A stretch of 54,841 nt of DNA from an uncultured Planctomycetota bacterium (GTDB lineage Bacteria; Planctomycetota; J058; JACQDU01): contig CAZYLP010000001.1 of the NCBI GenBank assembly GCA_964648345.1, positions 1 through 54,841 on the forward strand. The letters are read 5' to 3'. Under the pieces are notes generated by a model. The model saw only the letters and a program-made list of their open reading frames with translations, was not told where the DNA came from and did not search any database. Made by a program: the position numbers and the translations under genes. Shown here one piece after another: positions 19,783-29,269 of the stretch; position 1 is the first letter of the stretch, and each line of letters opens with the position of its first letter.

Positions 19783-22361
19783 GCGCCCCGCCGCTCGGAA
19801 GGGTGCTCTGGATCTTCCTCTCCGTCCTCCTCTGGGCGGTCGTCGGCTTCACCCGGTCGCGATTCGCCCCGCGGGGCTATTTCTTCTTCGTCACGCCCGA
19901 TCTCCTGGCGCACGCCATCTTCTTCCAGGCCGTCCTGTGCGTCGCCGCCTGGACGGCGCTCCCGCGAAGCAAGTGGCGGCTCCTGGTCGCGCTCCTCTTC
20001 CTCCCCGGAGCCTTCATCTGGTCGCGCTCCCCGCCGGAGACGCAGGGTCTCGTCATCCGGAACGTCGCGCTCTACCTCGCCCTCTTCTCGCCCGGCCTCT
20101 TCCTCCTCGCCCTCTCCGCTCCCTGCCGGGCCTTCCTCGCCCGGAAGAGAGCGTCGGACGTGTCCGTCCGCCTCTGCCTGGTCGGAGGGTTCCTGCTCGT
20201 TTGCGGCTGGTTCCGGTGGGCGGAGGCGTGGCGAGAGCACTACTTCGATCCGGGTGGGGGCTGGCTCTATCTCGCGAACAACGCCTTCCGGCTCGCGGCC
20301 TCCGCTTACTTCTTCTGGCTGCACTGCGCCCTCGGCTTCCTCGTCCTCTCCGTCCTCGGGGCCGGCATGCGCCCCCGTTCGCCGGAGCGCTTCATCGTCG
20401 CGTTCTTCGCCGGAGCCGCCGTGGTCCAGGCGGCGATGCTGACGCTCGGGCTCTCCGGCCTCTTCCATCGCGGGCTCGTCTGGGGCGGAGGCGCCCTCGC
20501 GCTCGCGCTCGCACCCACCGAGCCGCTCGGGGCCGTTCGAGTCCTCCTCGCGACAATGGTCCCGCGCCGTCGGGATTGGGCGCGATCCGCCAGCTTCCTC
20601 GCCGGTACGGCCGCGGCGACGCTCCTCCTCGTCTACAAGGGCCTCTTCCCCCATTGCGAGGGAGGGGATCTCGCGACGCATTACTTCCCGTACTACGAAG
20701 CGGTGGTCGCGAGCCATGGAGTCGGCCCGAACGAGGTCTGGTACCACTACTATCACACCAAGGGGGCCGGCGAGATCTTCCTCGCCATCCTCCTGACCGA
20801 CATGCAGGGCGCGTCGGTCGCCTCGTGCGTCTACTTCGCTGTCTCGGCGCTCGTGATCTTCGCTCTCATCCGCGGCGCCACTCGCCAGCGTGGGTGGGCG
20901 CTCCTCGCGGCGACGACTTACGTGGCCGCCATGGCGCTCGGAGCGGGCGAGTTCGAGATGCAGCACGTCGTGACCATGGGCTTCGCGAGCGGGCTCGTCT
21001 TCCTGGCGAACCTTCTCGACGCGCGCCCCGAGCGGCGGACCGCCGTCACCCCCCTGACCGGAGCCCTCGCCGCCGCGTGGGTTCTCCACGTCCCTACGGC
21101 CGCCCCGCTCATCACCGCCGTCTTCTTCCTCCTTTCGGTCCCGGCGGCCGCGCGAAGGGACTGGAGCCTGGTCCGGTCTTACGCAGTCGCGGTGATCTCG
21201 GCCTCGCTCTCGTGGGCGGTCATGGCCGGCGTAAGCTACGTCCAGACGGGGATGCTCGACATCGTGCCCTTTCGGCTCTTCTGGCGCTTCGCGGATCAGC
21301 CGACCCTCAGCCGATGGATCAGCCCTTACCTCATGGTGCTGCTCGAGGAGGGCTCGCGTCCCGAACTCGGCGCGGTCCAGCCGCTCGGGCTGCACCGGAT
21401 CTCCTGGGGCTACTGGAGCGAGGCTTTCCGGCTCGAGCGCGTCCCGGTCCTCTGCCCCCACGCCCTCCTCTTCCTGCCTCTCTCGGCCCTGGCCATGGCG
21501 GCCGCGAGGATCGACATCCGGCGGCGCGCCGCGACCTGGCCGCTCGTGGCGCTTGGCGTCGCCACGCTCGGCTGCGGAGCGGTGAACCAGCCGGTCTCGC
21601 TCCTGCGCTTCTCGATCTTCCTCCTCATCCTCGCCGTCTCGATGCCGACGCTCGCCTGGTCCTTCTTGGCGCGGCGACTCACGTGGCCCCGGGCGCGCAC
21701 GATCGAATGCGCGACGGCGATCCTCGCGCTCCTGAGCGTTGTCTGGACTTTCGGTCGCTTCCCCGCCGAGGAGGGGGCGACGCGCTTCAGGTTCGCGCTC
21801 GGGGGGCTGTCCTATTCCCAGGTCTACGAGAGGCAGGGGAGGTCCTGGAGCGCGTCACGATCCCTCGCTCGCACCCTCCCCGCCGGATCTCGGATCTGGT
21901 CATTCAACGTGATCGCCAGCATGGCGCCGGCCCCACGGTTCGAGACCATGGTCTCCTTCTCGATGGGGCCGCGCTGGCACGAGGTCCTCTTCGAGCCGGC
22001 GGAGCATGCCCGGGCAGTCCTGCGCGAGGAGGGCCTCGACTACTTCCTGATCGACACGCGCGACCGGTTCTTCGACCTCCTGCCCCACTCGCCGCTCTTC
22101 CGTCCGGGCGAGATCGAGCGGTGGATGAGAGTCGTCTGGCACGAGGATGGCCAGTACGTCCTCACGTGGCGAGATCGCCCGGCGCCCCCTCTCCCGGAGG
22201 AGCTCCTGCGCGACTACCGCGCGCAGATCGAGGAATCTCAGCAGGTGGCCGACTGGAAGGCGCTCTACGAGCGTATCGGCTCGATCTACCGGGCCAACCG
22301 GGGCAGGCCCTATCCTCTGAGACGAGAGCCGGGTCTTCCGGCGATCAGGGGCTGGCAGTAG
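19779..22361 (+). CDS. Large polytopic membrane protein (860 aa) with a C-terminal soluble domain; function unknown, possibly GT-C-like
   Basis: Internal GTG of track ORF 18798..22361, overlapping the upstream TGA (GTGA). About 650 aa of hydrophobic helices are followed by about 200 hydrophilic residues. Confidence 0.6.
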   Translation: MSAPPLGRVLWIFLSVLLWAVVGFTRSRFAPRGYFFFVTPDLLAHAIFFQAVLCVAAWTALPRSKWRLLVALLFLPGAFIWSRSPPETQGLVIRNVALYLALFSPGLFLLALSAPCRAFLARKRASDVSVRLCLVGGFLLVCGWFRWAEAWREHYFDPGGGWLYLANNAFRLAASAYFFWLHCALGFLVLSVLGAGMRPRSPERFIVAFFAGAAVVQAAMLTLGLSGLFHRGLVWGGGALALALAPTEPLGAVRVLLATMVPRRRDWARSASFLAGTAAATLLLVYKGLFPHCEGGDLATHYFPYYEAVVASHGVGPNEVWYHYYHTKGAGEIFLAILLTDMQGASVASCVYFAVSALVIFALIRGATRQRGWALLAATTYVAAMALGAGEFEMQHVVTMGFASGLVFLANLLDARPERRTAVTPLTGALAAAWVLHVPTAAPLITAVFFLLSVPAAARRDWSLVRSYAVAVISASLSWAVMAGVSYVQTGMLDIVPFRLFWRFADQPTLSRWISPYLMVLLEEGSRPELGAVQPLGLHRISWGYWSEAFRLERVPVLCPHALLFLPLSALAMAAARIDIRRRAATWPLVALGVATLGCGAVNQPVSLLRFSIFLLILAVSMPTLAWSFLARRLTWPRARTIECATAILALLSVVWTFGRFPAEEGATRFRFALGGLSYSQVYERQGRSWSASRSLARTLPAGSRIWSFNVIASMAPAPRFETMVSFSMGPRWHEVLFEPAEHARAVLREEGLDYFLIDTRDRFFDLLPHSPLFRPGEIERWMRVVWHEDGQYVLTWRDRPAPPLPEELLRDYRAQIEESQQVADWKALYERIGSIYRANRGRPYPLRREPGLPAIRGWQ

Positions 22362-22369
22362 TCGCGAAG

Positions 22370-23461
22370 CTACTTCGAGTTCTTGATGATGATCGCCGCG
22401 ATCCCCCGGGCGATGACCTCGTGGCCCTTGTCGCTCAGGTGACAGTCGTCGACCACGAAGCAACTCTCCTCCGGCTCCGGGAGCGCGTCCGAGGCGTCGT
22501 ACGTCATCGTGTTCGAGTACCGCCCCGGAAGAGCAGCGACCAGCGGACGGAACTTCTCGTATCCCATCTTGTAGACGTTGGGTGAGTACGAACCCTTGAG
22601 GAGCCGCGTCGGTTGCGTTACGAGGAGGACGTGGGAGTCGGCGAAGCGCCGTGAGATGGCCTCGAGCGAATGGATGTAGAAGCGCACCGCGCGATCGACC
22701 TCCTCGGTGGTCGTGACCTCCTCGGGAACCGAGGCGACGCGATCGATGCGGCGCGCGAGCTCGCGGTACCGCAGGAACGAAGGGAGAGAGGCTCCGTCGC
22801 CCGCGTCGCCGAACACCTCGTTCAGGTGTCTCTGCCCGCCGAACATGTAGTAGTTTGGAACCAGCTCGCCGTGGGTGGTGGGCACGAGGATGTCGTTGCG
22901 CCCGTCGAAGGTGACGACCCATTCGGGAGCGAGGTGAGAGCCGTAGAGGTCGAGCGCGATGTATTCCTGATAGGCAATCCAGGATCCCATGGCCAGGTTG
23001 ACGACCATCCAGTTGGATTCCGGGCCGGCTTCGTTCAGCAGCCGCTCCAGCACCGACGCGAACGTCGTCTCGTTGCTCGACGCTCCCCACCCCCACGCCG
23101 CGCTCCCGCCGGTCACCAGCACGACGCGCTTGCGCGGACCGGACACCGGCGGCGGGTCGAACGGGTGAAGGTCGTACCGGGACAGGAACCCGTAGTTGTT
23201 GGTCGTGAATTTGAAGGGCTGCCCCTGGAAGACCCCCTCCTCGGTCACGTTGGACGGGTGGTGGTATCCGGTGTAGGGCATGATCTGGAGGTTCAAGAGG
23301 CGAAGGGGAGTCTGCGCATGCTGCGACATGGTGACGAGGATCCGGTTGCTCCTGAACCACGCGTTGCTCGGGAATAGGTATCGAACGAGACCGATCGTGA
23401 CGGCGATCCACCCGAGGATCAGGACCCCCCGGAAGAGAAGACGTCGCCGATCGAATCCCAT
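22370..23461 (-). CDS. Membrane-anchored SGNH/GDSL-like hydrolase or acyltransferase
   Basis: N-terminal TM helix. Block I-like VLVTGGSAAWG and block V-like VVDDCHLSDKGH. GC is visibly lower than in the neighbours. Confidence 0.65.
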   Translation of the reverse strand: MGFDRRRLLFRGVLILGWIAVTIGLVRYLFPSNAWFRSNRILVTMSQHAQTPLRLLNLQIMPYTGYHHPSNVTEEGVFQGQPFKFTTNNYGFLSRYDLHPFDPPPVSGPRKRVVLVTGGSAAWGWGASSNETTFASVLERLLNEAGPESNWMVVNLAMGSWIAYQEYIALDLYGSHLAPEWVVTFDGRNDILVPTTHGELVPNYYMFGGQRHLNEVFGDAGDGASLPSFLRYRELARRIDRVASVPEEVTTTEEVDRAVRFYIHSLEAISRRFADSHVLLVTQPTRLLKGSYSPNVYKMGYEKFRPLVAALPGRYSNTMTYDASDALPEPEESCFVVDDCHLSDKGHEVIARGIAAIIIKNSK

Positions 23462-23490
23462 GCTCCCTACAGGCTCCGTGCGAGCATCAA

Positions 23491-23496
23491 ACTATA
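23491..23496 (-). promoter_or_regulatory. -10-like hexamer TATAGT upstream of the SGNH gene
   Basis: The plus strand reads actata and overlaps the TAG stop of the upstream gene. It is followed about 25 nt later by GGGAG and ATG 23461. I saw no clear -35. Confidence 0.2.
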
Positions 23497-24655
23497 CGAG
23501 GGCGGGCGGACGGACGAGTCGTAGCTCGCCGCGACGCCCCGAGAGTCGATGGTACACGCCATCGGCCTGGAACGGCGGCAACGCCAGGTAGAGCGGGACA
23601 TCTGTCGGGGCACGCTCCGGCGCGAGGATCGAGATCCCCATGTGGCTCATGCCGTCGCGGCTCGGGTCCTCGTCGACGAGGCAGGCGACGCGCCCCTCGA
23701 GCTGTGCAGCGAGCCAGGTTGCGGCGATCGAGGAGCCGAAGATCGCCAGCGACGCGGGCTCCGAGGCGAGCGCTCGGGCCTGCTCCGCGACCGCCGCCAA
23801 CCACCGGACCGAGGAGAGCGCGCCACGCCGCGTCGCGGTGACGCTCGAGCCGGTGGGGCGCGCGGTCGGCGTCGTGGCGCTCCTGGCGAGGGCGGTGAGC
23901 TCGCGCGGGATCCAATCGTCGACGAGCGCCTCCGAGGAGTACCCTGCGCGCTCGAGCAGGGCCCCGAGGGTTTCGAGCGAGAAGTGAGAGGCGTGGTCCG
24001 CGATCGCGAGGTCGAAGGGCCAGCTCCGGTGGTCGGGGACCTCGATCACGAGCCGCCCGCCGGGACGCAGCTTGGAGCGCAGCCGGTCGAGGAACTCGAC
24101 GGGTCGGGGGACGTGCTCGAGGACATGGAGCATGACGATCCAGTCGAACTCGCCCGGCACCGCCTCGGGGGCCATCTCGTGAAACCCCTCAACCCCTCCG
24201 ATCGCCTCCACGTCCCTCCGGTACCGCCCGTGGACGTCCGTCCCGTTCAAGCGCCAGCCCGGAGCGCGCGCGTGGAACGCACGCAGGAAGGCGCCGTTCC
24301 CACACCCCACGTCGAGCAGCCGTCCGGTGGCCGGGAGGGCGGCGAATGCGCCGATCCGGTCCAGCAGCCGCGCGGATCGCGTCGCGGGCATACCCGAGCC
24401 CGGCTCGTAGACGGCCGCCTCGGCGCCCCCCACGGACTGCGTGTAGAGCTCGTAGCGGGAGTAGATCGCGCGGCAGCCCTCCTCCCAGTCGGGCTCGTGG
24501 GGCTTCTGAAGCACGCCGCAGGCGGTGCACAGGGCGAGGCGGCCGCCCGGGGGCCACGGTCGACAGTCCGAGGTCACGCGCCCGAGAGGGGCGAGCTCCG
24601 GGAGTTCCTCGAGGGCGGCGACCCGACAGACGCGGCAGGCCGTCTCCGGGTTCAT
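23492..24655 (-). CDS. Methyltransferase with an N-terminal Cys4 zinc motif and a C-terminal extension (NDP-hexose C-methyltransferase-like architecture)
   Basis: Internal ATG of track ORF 23492..25387. Motifs CRVC..CTACG, LLDVGCGNG and IVMLHVLEHV. ATGA overlap with the upstream reductase gene. Confidence 0.7.
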   Translation of the reverse strand: MNPETACRVCRVAALEELPELAPLGRVTSDCRPWPPGGRLALCTACGVLQKPHEPDWEEGCRAIYSRYELYTQSVGGAEAAVYEPGSGMPATRSARLLDRIGAFAALPATGRLLDVGCGNGAFLRAFHARAPGWRLNGTDVHGRYRRDVEAIGGVEGFHEMAPEAVPGEFDWIVMLHVLEHVPRPVEFLDRLRSKLRPGGRLVIEVPDHRSWPFDLAIADHASHFSLETLGALLERAGYSSEALVDDWIPRELTALARSATTPTARPTGSSVTATRRGALSSVRWLAAVAEQARALASEPASLAIFGSSIAATWLAAQLEGRVACLVDEDPSRDGMSHMGISILAPERAPTDVPLYLALPPFQADGVYHRLSGRRGELRLVRPPALV

Positions 24656-25518
24656 AGCCCGAGTCCTCCGCACAAGGCGGCCTCGGGCTCGGGTGCTCGA
24701 AAGCCCAGGACCTCCCTCAGTCGACTCGTGTCGAGCGAAGTGTGCCGCGGCAAGAAGATCTCGGAGAGGCCGCGATCCCGGCCCTGGACGACCGTCACCT
24801 GCCGGGCGTCGGCGCCGACCCTTCGCGCCAGGACCGTCGCGGCCTCCGCGTAGCTCATGTCGCGCGTGGCCGACGCCTGGAACAGGCCTCCGAGGCGGTC
24901 GCGGGCGATCACCACGAGGAGCGCGACGGTCTCCCCGAGCGTGACCGGCGCGAAGACCTTGTCCGCGAAGGCCTCGATGGTCTCGCCACCGCGCAGCTTC
25001 TGGACCCACGACGCGAAAGGCCCGGTCGAGGGCCCCACGACCTTGGTCAGCCGAAGTACCGCCGCGGACGCGCCCAGCGGGGCGAGGGCCGCCTCGACGC
25101 GCGCCTTCTGTCGCCCGTACTCCGAGGGCGGCGAGACGGGGTCGTCCGCGCGGCGAACGGGTCGCGCGCCGTCGAAGACGAGGTTCGTCGAGGGGAAGAC
25201 GACGTGCGTCCCCCGCTCCGCGAGCCGGCGTGCGAGCTCGATCGTGCAGTGCTCGTTCACGCGAGCGGTCCCCGCGGGGTCGCGCTCGCAGGCCGCGAGG
25301 TCCGTCACGGCGGCCAGGAGATAGGCCACGTCGGCTGGAGGGAGGGGATCCGCCGAGGGCCGCGAGAGGTCGAGCTCGATCCGGCACGCCGAGAAGGGAG
25401 GTCGGCGGGTCGCCTCGATCACCGGCGCTCCGGTGGCGCGCCAGGAGCTCGACAGGGCCTTGCCGATGGCCCCATCCGCTCCCACGACGAGGACGGCGGG
25501 GTTGCGCTTCGCTGACAC
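24652..25518 (-). CDS. SDR family NDP-4-ketosugar reductase (dTDP-4-dehydrorhamnose reductase RmlD-like)
   Basis: Motifs VVGADGAIG, STNLVFDG and YGRQK. GTG start. Confidence 0.7.
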   Translation of the reverse strand: MSAKRNPAVLVVGADGAIGKALSSSWRATGAPVIEATRRPPFSACRIELDLSRPSADPLPPADVAYLLAAVTDLAACERDPAGTARVNEHCTIELARRLAERGTHVVFPSTNLVFDGARPVRRADDPVSPPSEYGRQKARVEAALAPLGASAAVLRLTKVVGPSTGPFASWVQKLRGGETIEAFADKVFAPVTLGETVALLVVIARDRLGGLFQASATRDMSYAEAATVLARRVGADARQVTVVQGRDRGLSEIFLPRHTSLDTSRLREVLGFRAPEPEAALCGGLGL

Positions 25519-25538
25519 GCTCCCGATACTACTCCCTT

Positions 25539-26219
25539 GTGGACGCGCCGGAGCGAACGCTTGACCCCGTGAACCAGGTCGTCCTCGACGTCCGCGACAC
25601 CGCGGGCATCGCCCGGCTCGGTCTCATGAACAACCAGGTCTGGCGCGACGACCCGAAGCGGCTCGTCTTCACGCTCGCGCGCTACAAGTTCGTCGCCAAG
25701 ATGCTGAGCGGGCGCGCGTCGGTGCTCGAGGTCGGCTGCGGTGACGCGTTCTGCAGCCGGGTCGTGCGGCAGGAGGTCGCCGCCCTCACGGTCACCGACT
25801 TCGATCCGGTCTTCATCCGCGACATCGAGTCGCGCCAGGACGCGCGCTGGCCCATGCGCGCCCTCGTGCACGACATCCTGAAAAGCCCGATGGCAGGCGA
25901 GTTCGACGCGGCGTACTCGCTCGACGTGCTCGAGCACATCCCCCAGGCGGACGAGGAACGCTTCCTCGACAACGTGAAGCGTTCGCTCACGCCGCACGGC
26001 GCCCTCATAATCGGCATGCCGTCCCTCGAGTCGCAAGCCTTCGCCTCGGCCCCGAGCCGCGCCGGACACGTGAACTGCAAGACCGGCGAGGGCCTCCGCG
26101 CGCTCATGCAGAAGCACTTCCACGTCGCCTTCATGTTCTCCATGAACGACGAGGTCGTGCACACGGGCTTCTTCAAGATGGCGCACTATCTCCTCGCCGT
26201 GTGCGCCGTCAAGAAGTGA
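25539..26219 (+). CDS. Class I SAM-dependent methyltransferase
   Basis: The C-terminal part of track ORF 25230..26219. Motifs VLEVGCGDAF and AAYSLDVLEHI. The start is uncertain: GTG 25539, GTG 25569 or a later ATG. Confidence 0.7.
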   Translation: MDAPERTLDPVNQVVLDVRDTAGIARLGLMNNQVWRDDPKRLVFTLARYKFVAKMLSGRASVLEVGCGDAFCSRVVRQEVAALTVTDFDPVFIRDIESRQDARWPMRALVHDILKSPMAGEFDAAYSLDVLEHIPQADEERFLDNVKRSLTPHGALIIGMPSLESQAFASAPSRAGHVNCKTGEGLRALMQKHFHVAFMFSMNDEVVHTGFFKMAHYLLAVCAVKK

Positions 26220-27199
26220 CGCTCGCCGCGATCGTCTGGACGCCGGAGAGCGCGCTCGCGCTCGAACGGACGCTCGAGCCTCTCGTGTTCGGGTCCTTCC
26301 GGCCCGATGAGATCCACGTCGTCGCCGCGGCGTTGACGGACGAGACCACCGAGCTCGTCGGCGCGTTCGCGCGTCGGCACCCGGGTCTCCGCTCGCCGCG
26401 GAGAGACGAGGGGAGCCGGAGCCTCGAAGCGTTCGACACGGCGGTGCCGCTCGCCCTCGAGGCGACTCGTGCGGACTGGCTCCTCGTCCTCGCGGCGGGG
26501 GACGTGGCCCTGCCCGACGCTCTCCGGCGGGCGCTCGCGCTCGCGAGCGAGCACCCCTCGGCCGGAGCCGTCCTCGCCCGCGCGGCGACCTTCGATCCGT
26601 CGGGAGCCCTCGCGTCCACCTGTCGAGGGATCCCGGGTCGAGCGAGCCCCGGCTTCGAGAGCCCGGCGCGCTTCCGGGAGCTCTCGCTCGGAGCGGACGG
26701 CGACCCCCTGGACCACGTCGTCCCCGGCGCCGCGCTCCTCAGGCGTGACGCCCTCGTCGCGCTCGGCGGCATGCGCGAGGCCCTGGGCCCGCTGGCCTCA
26801 CCCGTCGCAGCGTGGACGCTGGCCGCCGTCCACGGGGCGGCGTGTCTGCCCGAGCCGCTCGTGGACGAGCAGGGCCCTCCGCGCGAGCTCGAACGAGCTC
26901 TCGCGGAAGATCCGGGCGCGCTCCTCGAGCCCCTGCGGCACCTGAGCGACCTGGATCGACTCGTCCCCCGCGAAGACGCTCGCCGGTTCCAGGAAGGCGT
27001 CCGCCGGCGGATCTTCGCGAGAGCGCGCGCGACGCTCGCCCGAGCCTGCGACACCTTGGGAGGCGCCGCCCGGATCCTCGGCGCCGGAGGCGACGCCGCG
27101 CCCCTGTCCGACCGGGCGCTCGCGCGTGTCATCGAGCTCACGGTCGAGCTCGAGCGAGGCCTCGTCCGCGGGGCGGGGCAGGGCGAGGCGAACTCTTGA
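26201..27199 (+). CDS. Hypothetical protein with a degenerate GT-A/GT2-like N-terminal half
   Basis: AAIVWTPES..EIHVVAAA..WLLVLAAGDVALPDAL resembles a GT2 core that lacks a clean DxD motif. An alternative GTG start at 26216 would give a GTGA overlap. Confidence 0.45.
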   Translation: MRRQEVTLAAIVWTPESALALERTLEPLVFGSFRPDEIHVVAAALTDETTELVGAFARRHPGLRSPRRDEGSRSLEAFDTAVPLALEATRADWLLVLAAGDVALPDALRRALALASEHPSAGAVLARAATFDPSGALASTCRGIPGRASPGFESPARFRELSLGADGDPLDHVVPGAALLRRDALVALGGMREALGPLASPVAAWTLAAVHGAACLPEPLVDEQGPPRELERALAEDPGALLEPLRHLSDLDRLVPREDARRFQEGVRRRIFARARATLARACDTLGGAARILGAGGDAAPLSDRALARVIELTVELERGLVRGAGQGEANS

Positions 27200-27223
27200 C
27201 CCTCCTCTCCTGCGTGCTCTACT
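27196..27223 (+). promoter_or_regulatory. Candidate internal promoter giving a leaderless mRNA
   Basis: TTGACC (27196-27201, overlapping the upstream TGA), 16-nt spacer, TCTACT (27218-27223), then 7 nt to ATG 27231. Same geometry as the 4056..4083 candidate. Confidence 0.25.
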
Positions 27224-27230
27224 CGTGCCC

Positions 27231-28295
27231 ATGACGACCTCGATCCTGGTCACCGGTGGCCTCGGGTACGTGGGGAGCCGCCTCGTCCCGCACCTCCTAG
27301 GCCTTGGCCACCGCGTCCGCGTGCTCGACCTCGTACTCTACGGCGACCACGGCCTCCGCGCCCTCGAGCGCGACCCCGCCTGGTCCGACTGGAAGAAGCG
27401 CTTCGAGCTCGTCCGCGGAGACATCCGCGACCCCGCCGCCGTGACGGCGGCCATGCGCGGCGTGGGCGTCGTGATCCACCTCGCCGCGATCAGTAACGAC
27501 CCGACCGGGAACATCGACGAGGTCCTCACGCGCCAGGTCAACTTCGACGCCGTGGGCCTGCTCCTCGCCCTCGCTCGCAAGGGCGGAGTGCGGCGCTTCG
27601 TGAACGGGTCGTCGAGCAGCGTCTTCGGGATCAAGCACGAGTCGAACGTCGTCGAGCGGCTCGAGCCCGAGCCGCTCACCGCGTACTCGCGCATGAAGAT
27701 GCTCTCCGAGTGGCTCGTGATCGCCGCGAGCTCGCGCGACTTCTGCACCGTGAACGTCCGCCCGGCCACGATCTGCGGCTGGTCCCCGCGCCAGCGCTTC
27801 GACCTCACGGTCAACAAGCTCACCGCCGACGCCATCCGCAAGCGGGTGATCACGGTCCACGGCGGCGAGCAACGCCGGCCGAACGTCTCCATGCTCGACG
27901 CCGTGAACCTCTACGGGCTCCTCGTCGACATGGACGCCTCGCGGATCAACGGGCGGACCTTCAACTTCGGCTTCGAGAACCACAAGGTGATCGAGATCGC
28001 GCGCCTGATCCAGGAGCAGCTCAAGGACCTCGACGTCCGCCTCGAGGTCCAGGACGTGGTCGACAAGCGCGACTACCACATCGCCTCGACGTCCCTCTCG
28101 GAGACGCTCGGTTACCGGCCGAAGGGGTCGATCGCGCAGGCGGTCGCCGAGCTCCGCGAGCACCTCCTCGAGCGCGGCGAGCTGCCCGACCCCGAGGCCC
28201 CCGAGCACCACAACATGAAGAGCATGAAGCTCGGCCGTTGCGACCTCCCCTACGCCTTCCTCTCCGACCCCCAGGGTTGCGTGCCGCGGGGATGA
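27231..28295 (+). CDS. Extended-SDR NAD-dependent sugar-nucleotide epimerase/dehydratase family protein
   Basis: Internal ATG (codon 36) of track ORF 27126..28295. Motifs VTGGLGYVGS, GSSSSVFG and YSRMK. Confidence 0.85.
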   Translation: MTTSILVTGGLGYVGSRLVPHLLGLGHRVRVLDLVLYGDHGLRALERDPAWSDWKKRFELVRGDIRDPAAVTAAMRGVGVVIHLAAISNDPTGNIDEVLTRQVNFDAVGLLLALARKGGVRRFVNGSSSSVFGIKHESNVVERLEPEPLTAYSRMKMLSEWLVIAASSRDFCTVNVRPATICGWSPRQRFDLTVNKLTADAIRKRVITVHGGEQRRPNVSMLDAVNLYGLLVDMDASRINGRTFNFGFENHKVIEIARLIQEQLKDLDVRLEVQDVVDKRDYHIASTSLSETLGYRPKGSIAQAVAELREHLLERGELPDPEAPEHHNMKSMKLGRCDLPYAFLSDPQGCVPRG

Positions 28296-29269
28296 GCCGG
28301 CCGACTCTCTCCGTCGTCTTGCCCACCCGGAACCACGCGCACCTCGTCGGCCGCGCCATCGACGCGATCGGCACGCAGTCGCGGCCGCCCCTCGAGCTCG
28401 TGGTCGTGGACGACGCGTCGACCGACGACACGCCCGCGGTCCTCGCCGCCCTCGCGAAGAAGTACCCTTTCATGCGGGTCGTGCGGAACGAGCGGAACCT
28501 CGGCGTCGCTGGCGCCGTCAACGCGGCGCTCCAGCTCGCGACGGGCGACTTCGTCTACGGGGCCTCCTCGGACGACTGGATCCTCCCGGGCGCCTTCGAG
28601 AAGGCCATGGCTCTGGCAGAGGAGTACCCCCGAGCCGGGGCGGTGTGCGGGCCCATGTTCATGCTCGGCCGACCACCGCTCCTGCTCGCCGTGCGGTCCT
28701 GGACGCGGCCCTTGTTCGCGCCGCCCGATGTCTTCGTCCGCGAGTACCTCGAGGTCGAGGGGCCGGGCTTCGCCCTCGGCGGATCGACCTACTTCAGGCG
28801 CGAGCCCTTCCTCGAGATCGGGGGCCTCCGCCAAGAGCTCGGCTCCTACTGCGACACGTTCGCCTTCCGAGCGCTCGGCGCGACCTACGGAGCCGGTTAC
28901 GTCGCCGAGCCGCTCATGGTCTGGAACGTCCTCCCCGAGAGCTTCTCCCAGACGACGGCCCGCGACCCCCGGCGATACCTCGAGACCGTCGCCCGGGTGG
29001 CCACGCTCATGCGCGCTCCGCCCTTCAGCCGCGTCTTCCCGAAGGAACACACGGACCGCTGGGAGCGCGAGTACCGCGAGGAGATCGTCGCGGCCAGCCT
29101 CGCCGCCGTGGAGGCGGCGGTCGAGCAGATCGTCTCGAGCCGTGCGCTCCTCGGCGGCGGTCGAGGCCGAGCCATGGCGCTGAGCCTCCTCGAGCCCCTC
29201 CTCGGCAAGCTCAACACTCGTGTCGTCGCACGCCTCGAGGAGCGGCTCCGAGCTCAGCGAGTGGAGTAG
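28292..29269 (+). CDS. GT2-family glycosyltransferase
   Basis: ATG overlaps the upstream TGA (ATGA). Motifs LSVVLPTRNHA and VVVDDASTDDT. Confidence 0.85.
   Translation: MSRPTLSVVLPTRNHAHLVGRAIDAIGTQSRPPLELVVVDDASTDDTPAVLAALAKKYPFMRVVRNERNLGVAGAVNAALQLATGDFVYGASSDDWILPGAFEKAMALAEEYPRAGAVCGPMFMLGRPPLLLAVRSWTRPLFAPPDVFVREYLEVEGPGFALGGSTYFRREPFLEIGGLRQELGSYCDTFAFRALGATYGAGYVAEPLMVWNVLPESFSQTTARDPRRYLETVARVATLMRAPPFSRVFPKEHTDRWEREYREEIVAASLAAVEAAVEQIVSSRALLGGGRGRAMALSLLEPLLGKLNTRVVARLEERLRAQRVE

Noticed and set aside
22356-22375. Hairpin across the convergent stop codons (agtag..ctact), with a similar 5-bp stem at 49437..49449, as terminators
   Set aside because: The stems are only 5 bp, with an 8-nt or 3-nt loop and no U-tract. 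This is too weak to call.
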